Notes under the pieces: generated by a model | The model's input: the letters and a program-made list of their open reading frames with translations, nothing else | Told to the model about the DNA's origin: nothing | The model's database searches: none | Shown here: one piece after another, positions 30,934 to 32,000 of the stretch | Position numbering within the stretch: the first letter of the stretch is position 1 | Layout: each line of letters begins with the position of its first letter | Program-made: the position numbers and the translations under genes | Assembly: GCF_000015805.1 (NCBI RefSeq) | Contig: NC_009073.1 | Coordinates: 1,590,001 to 1,622,000 of the forward strand | Source of the DNA: Pyrobaculum calidifontis JCM 11548 | Lineage (GTDB): Archaea; Thermoproteota; Thermoprotei; Thermoproteales; Thermoproteaceae | Reading direction: 5' to 3' | Length of the DNA: 32,000 nucleotides

Positions 30934-30988
30934 CGTGTGATGAAAAAACGGTCTGGCGACCCATGACCGGGAGACCGATCGCTGAATC
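30934..30988 (+). ncRNA. Candidate C/D box sRNA (2'-O-methylation guide)
   Basis: A perfect C box GTGATGA (30937-30943) and D box CTGA (30982-30985). With degenerate D' GCGA (30956-30959) and C' ATGACCG (30963-30969), both guide spacers are exactly 12 nt (AAAAACGGTCTG and GGAGACCGATCG). It is intergenic, between the serA and CBS-regulator promoters. The internal boxes are weak and I could not identify a target. Confidence 0.35.
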
Positions 30989-31015
30989 TTTTTATATCTA
31001 TCTTGTGTATACTCC

Positions 31016-31876
31016 ATGGCTGGTTTATCAGATTCTGTGTACAACGTATTGAAGGCCCTTGCAGAACTGTACAATAAAACTGGGACGCCTGTCAAATCTA
31101 GAGACATTGCCAATGTGCTCGGCATACATGAGGGCTATGTGCGCAACATGTTGTCTATATTGAAGTCGATGGGCCTCGTTATTAGTAAGGCGGGACCCCA
31201 CGGTGGCTATATACCTACGCCTAAGGCGGCTGACGTGTTGTCCCGCCAGACTTTTTCGATACCTATAGTCGCAGGGGCCAACGTCATAGGCTATGCCTTA
31301 GACGTAACCCTAATCGGCCTACTCTCCGAGAGGCCCTACGCCTCGGTCCGCGTTGTTGGAGACTTGTCGGAGTTTGTAAATAGGGAGGTTAAAATAGGCC
31401 CTCTGCCCAGCGGCGTCGTAGTAATAGGGAAACTGGCAAGGGCCGACTTGGAATCTCTCATTGAGATAACTTCAATAGTCTCGATACCTAGAACTAGCGC
31501 AAAGAACATAATGACGCCAAACCCGATAGTCGCCAAGCCCAGCGACCCCCTAGGCAACTACATTAGACTTTTTATTGAGAAGCGGTACAGAGGCATACCT
31601 GTCATAGACGAGTCCAAGAGACCCATAGGCCTATTGACTGCGTCAAAGGTCATGGAGGCAGTGGCCTCCTGCCGCCTTGACGCCAAGGTCGGCGACTATA
31701 TGATGCCTAATCCACCGACGGTACATGAGGAGGAGGATATCCACGAGGTTATTAGGCTCATGGTCACCAGCGGCATTGGAAGAGTCCTCGTAGTAGACTC
31801 CGAGGATAGGCTGGTGGGCATTATTACGCGGACTGACGTGCTTCTCAGAATTGCGTCATTGGAACAACTCGTTTAA
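31016..31876 (+). CDS. Putative transcriptional regulator: N-terminal winged HTH plus C-terminal CBS domain pair
   Basis: The wHTH is VKSRDIANVLGIHEGYVRNMLSILKSMGLVISKAGPHGGY. Two CBS-like repeats follow (IMTPNPIVAKP...GIPVIDE and YMMPNPPTVHE...GRVLVVDSEDRLVGIITRTDVL). TATA tttttatat at about 30989-30997 is upstream. Confidence 0.75.
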   Translation: MAGLSDSVYNVLKALAELYNKTGTPVKSRDIANVLGIHEGYVRNMLSILKSMGLVISKAGPHGGYIPTPKAADVLSRQTFSIPIVAGANVIGYALDVTLIGLLSERPYASVRVVGDLSEFVNREVKIGPLPSGVVVIGKLARADLESLIEITSIVSIPRTSAKNIMTPNPIVAKPSDPLGNYIRLFIEKRYRGIPVIDESKRPIGLLTASKVMEAVASCRLDAKVGDYMMPNPPTVHEEEDIHEVIRLMVTSGIGRVLVVDSEDRLVGIITRTDVLLRIASLEQLV

Positions 31877-32000
31877 CACAATTAAACTCGTGTCTTACGA
31901 TTTGTCTAGTTAATAAGAACCCAGCCACATACATGCTAGCTTCACATGTCGCAGACAAGATGTCCAGCCCCTTGACTAAGTGGAAATATGTCAACACCGC

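Noticed and set aside
1-32000. CRISPR arrays, rRNA genes and long tandem repeats
   Set aside because: Scanning the intergenic regions showed no regularly spaced direct repeats and no rRNA-like sequence. All gaps except 8877-9130 and 13438-13917 are shorter than about 125 bp.

Overview
GC-rich, very gene-dense chromosomal window with about 40 CDS and 3 tRNA genes. Three things point to a hyperthermophilic crenarchaeon of the order Thermoproteales (Pyrobaculum/Thermoproteus-like): the gene content, multi-intron tRNA genes, and a leaderless-gene architecture in which A/T-rich TATA boxes are centred about 23-27 nt upstream of most start codons. I used those TATA positions to correct several over-extended ORF-track starts. 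Layout: (i) 1-8.5 kb is a tetrapyrrole / siroheme-dependent alternative heme (Ahb) cluster: hemC, fused ahbA/B, hemB, sirC, hemD, cobA, a CbiX-like protein, a NirJ-type radical SAM and hemL. A 64-aa pilin-like gene and an oppositely oriented HAD hydrolase are embedded in it. (ii) 8.5-13.9 kb is the only accessory-looking part. It holds tRNA-Pro(TGG) and tRNA-Gln(TTG) with three predicted introns each, a gamma-glutamyltransferase, and two tiny convergent genes. One of those is a 53-aa zinc ribbon absent from the ORF track, and both end in Cys-x-Cys-Gly. It also holds an inverted tRNA-Pro(GGG) with two introns, a 711-aa protein with no recognisable domain, and a 480-bp hairpin-rich non-coding tract. 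(iii) 13.9-32 kb is housekeeping: CN-hydrolase, MFS transporter, TrmO, GuaA, Pus10, TrmY, SRP54, KaiC-like ATPase, methyltransferase, L21e, GPN GTPase, SRP19, S8e, Gar1, TFB, a wH+4Cys TFE-beta-like protein, LigT/ThpR, CCA-adding enzyme, a coiled-coil orphan, a serA - class V aminotransferase - DUF89 operon, and a CBS/wHTH regulator. No CRISPR array, transposase, integrase or rRNA was seen. The candidates I rank highest for follow-up are the translationally coupled serA-aminotransferase-DUF89 operon (possible missing phosphoserine phosphatase), the domain-less 711-aa protein with its non-coding tract beside tRNA-Pro, the paired CxCG-tailed mini-proteins, the related tRNA introns at different positions, and palindromic TATA boxes shared symmetrically by divergent leaderless genes. 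All function calls rest on my reading of motifs in the translations. No database search was run.
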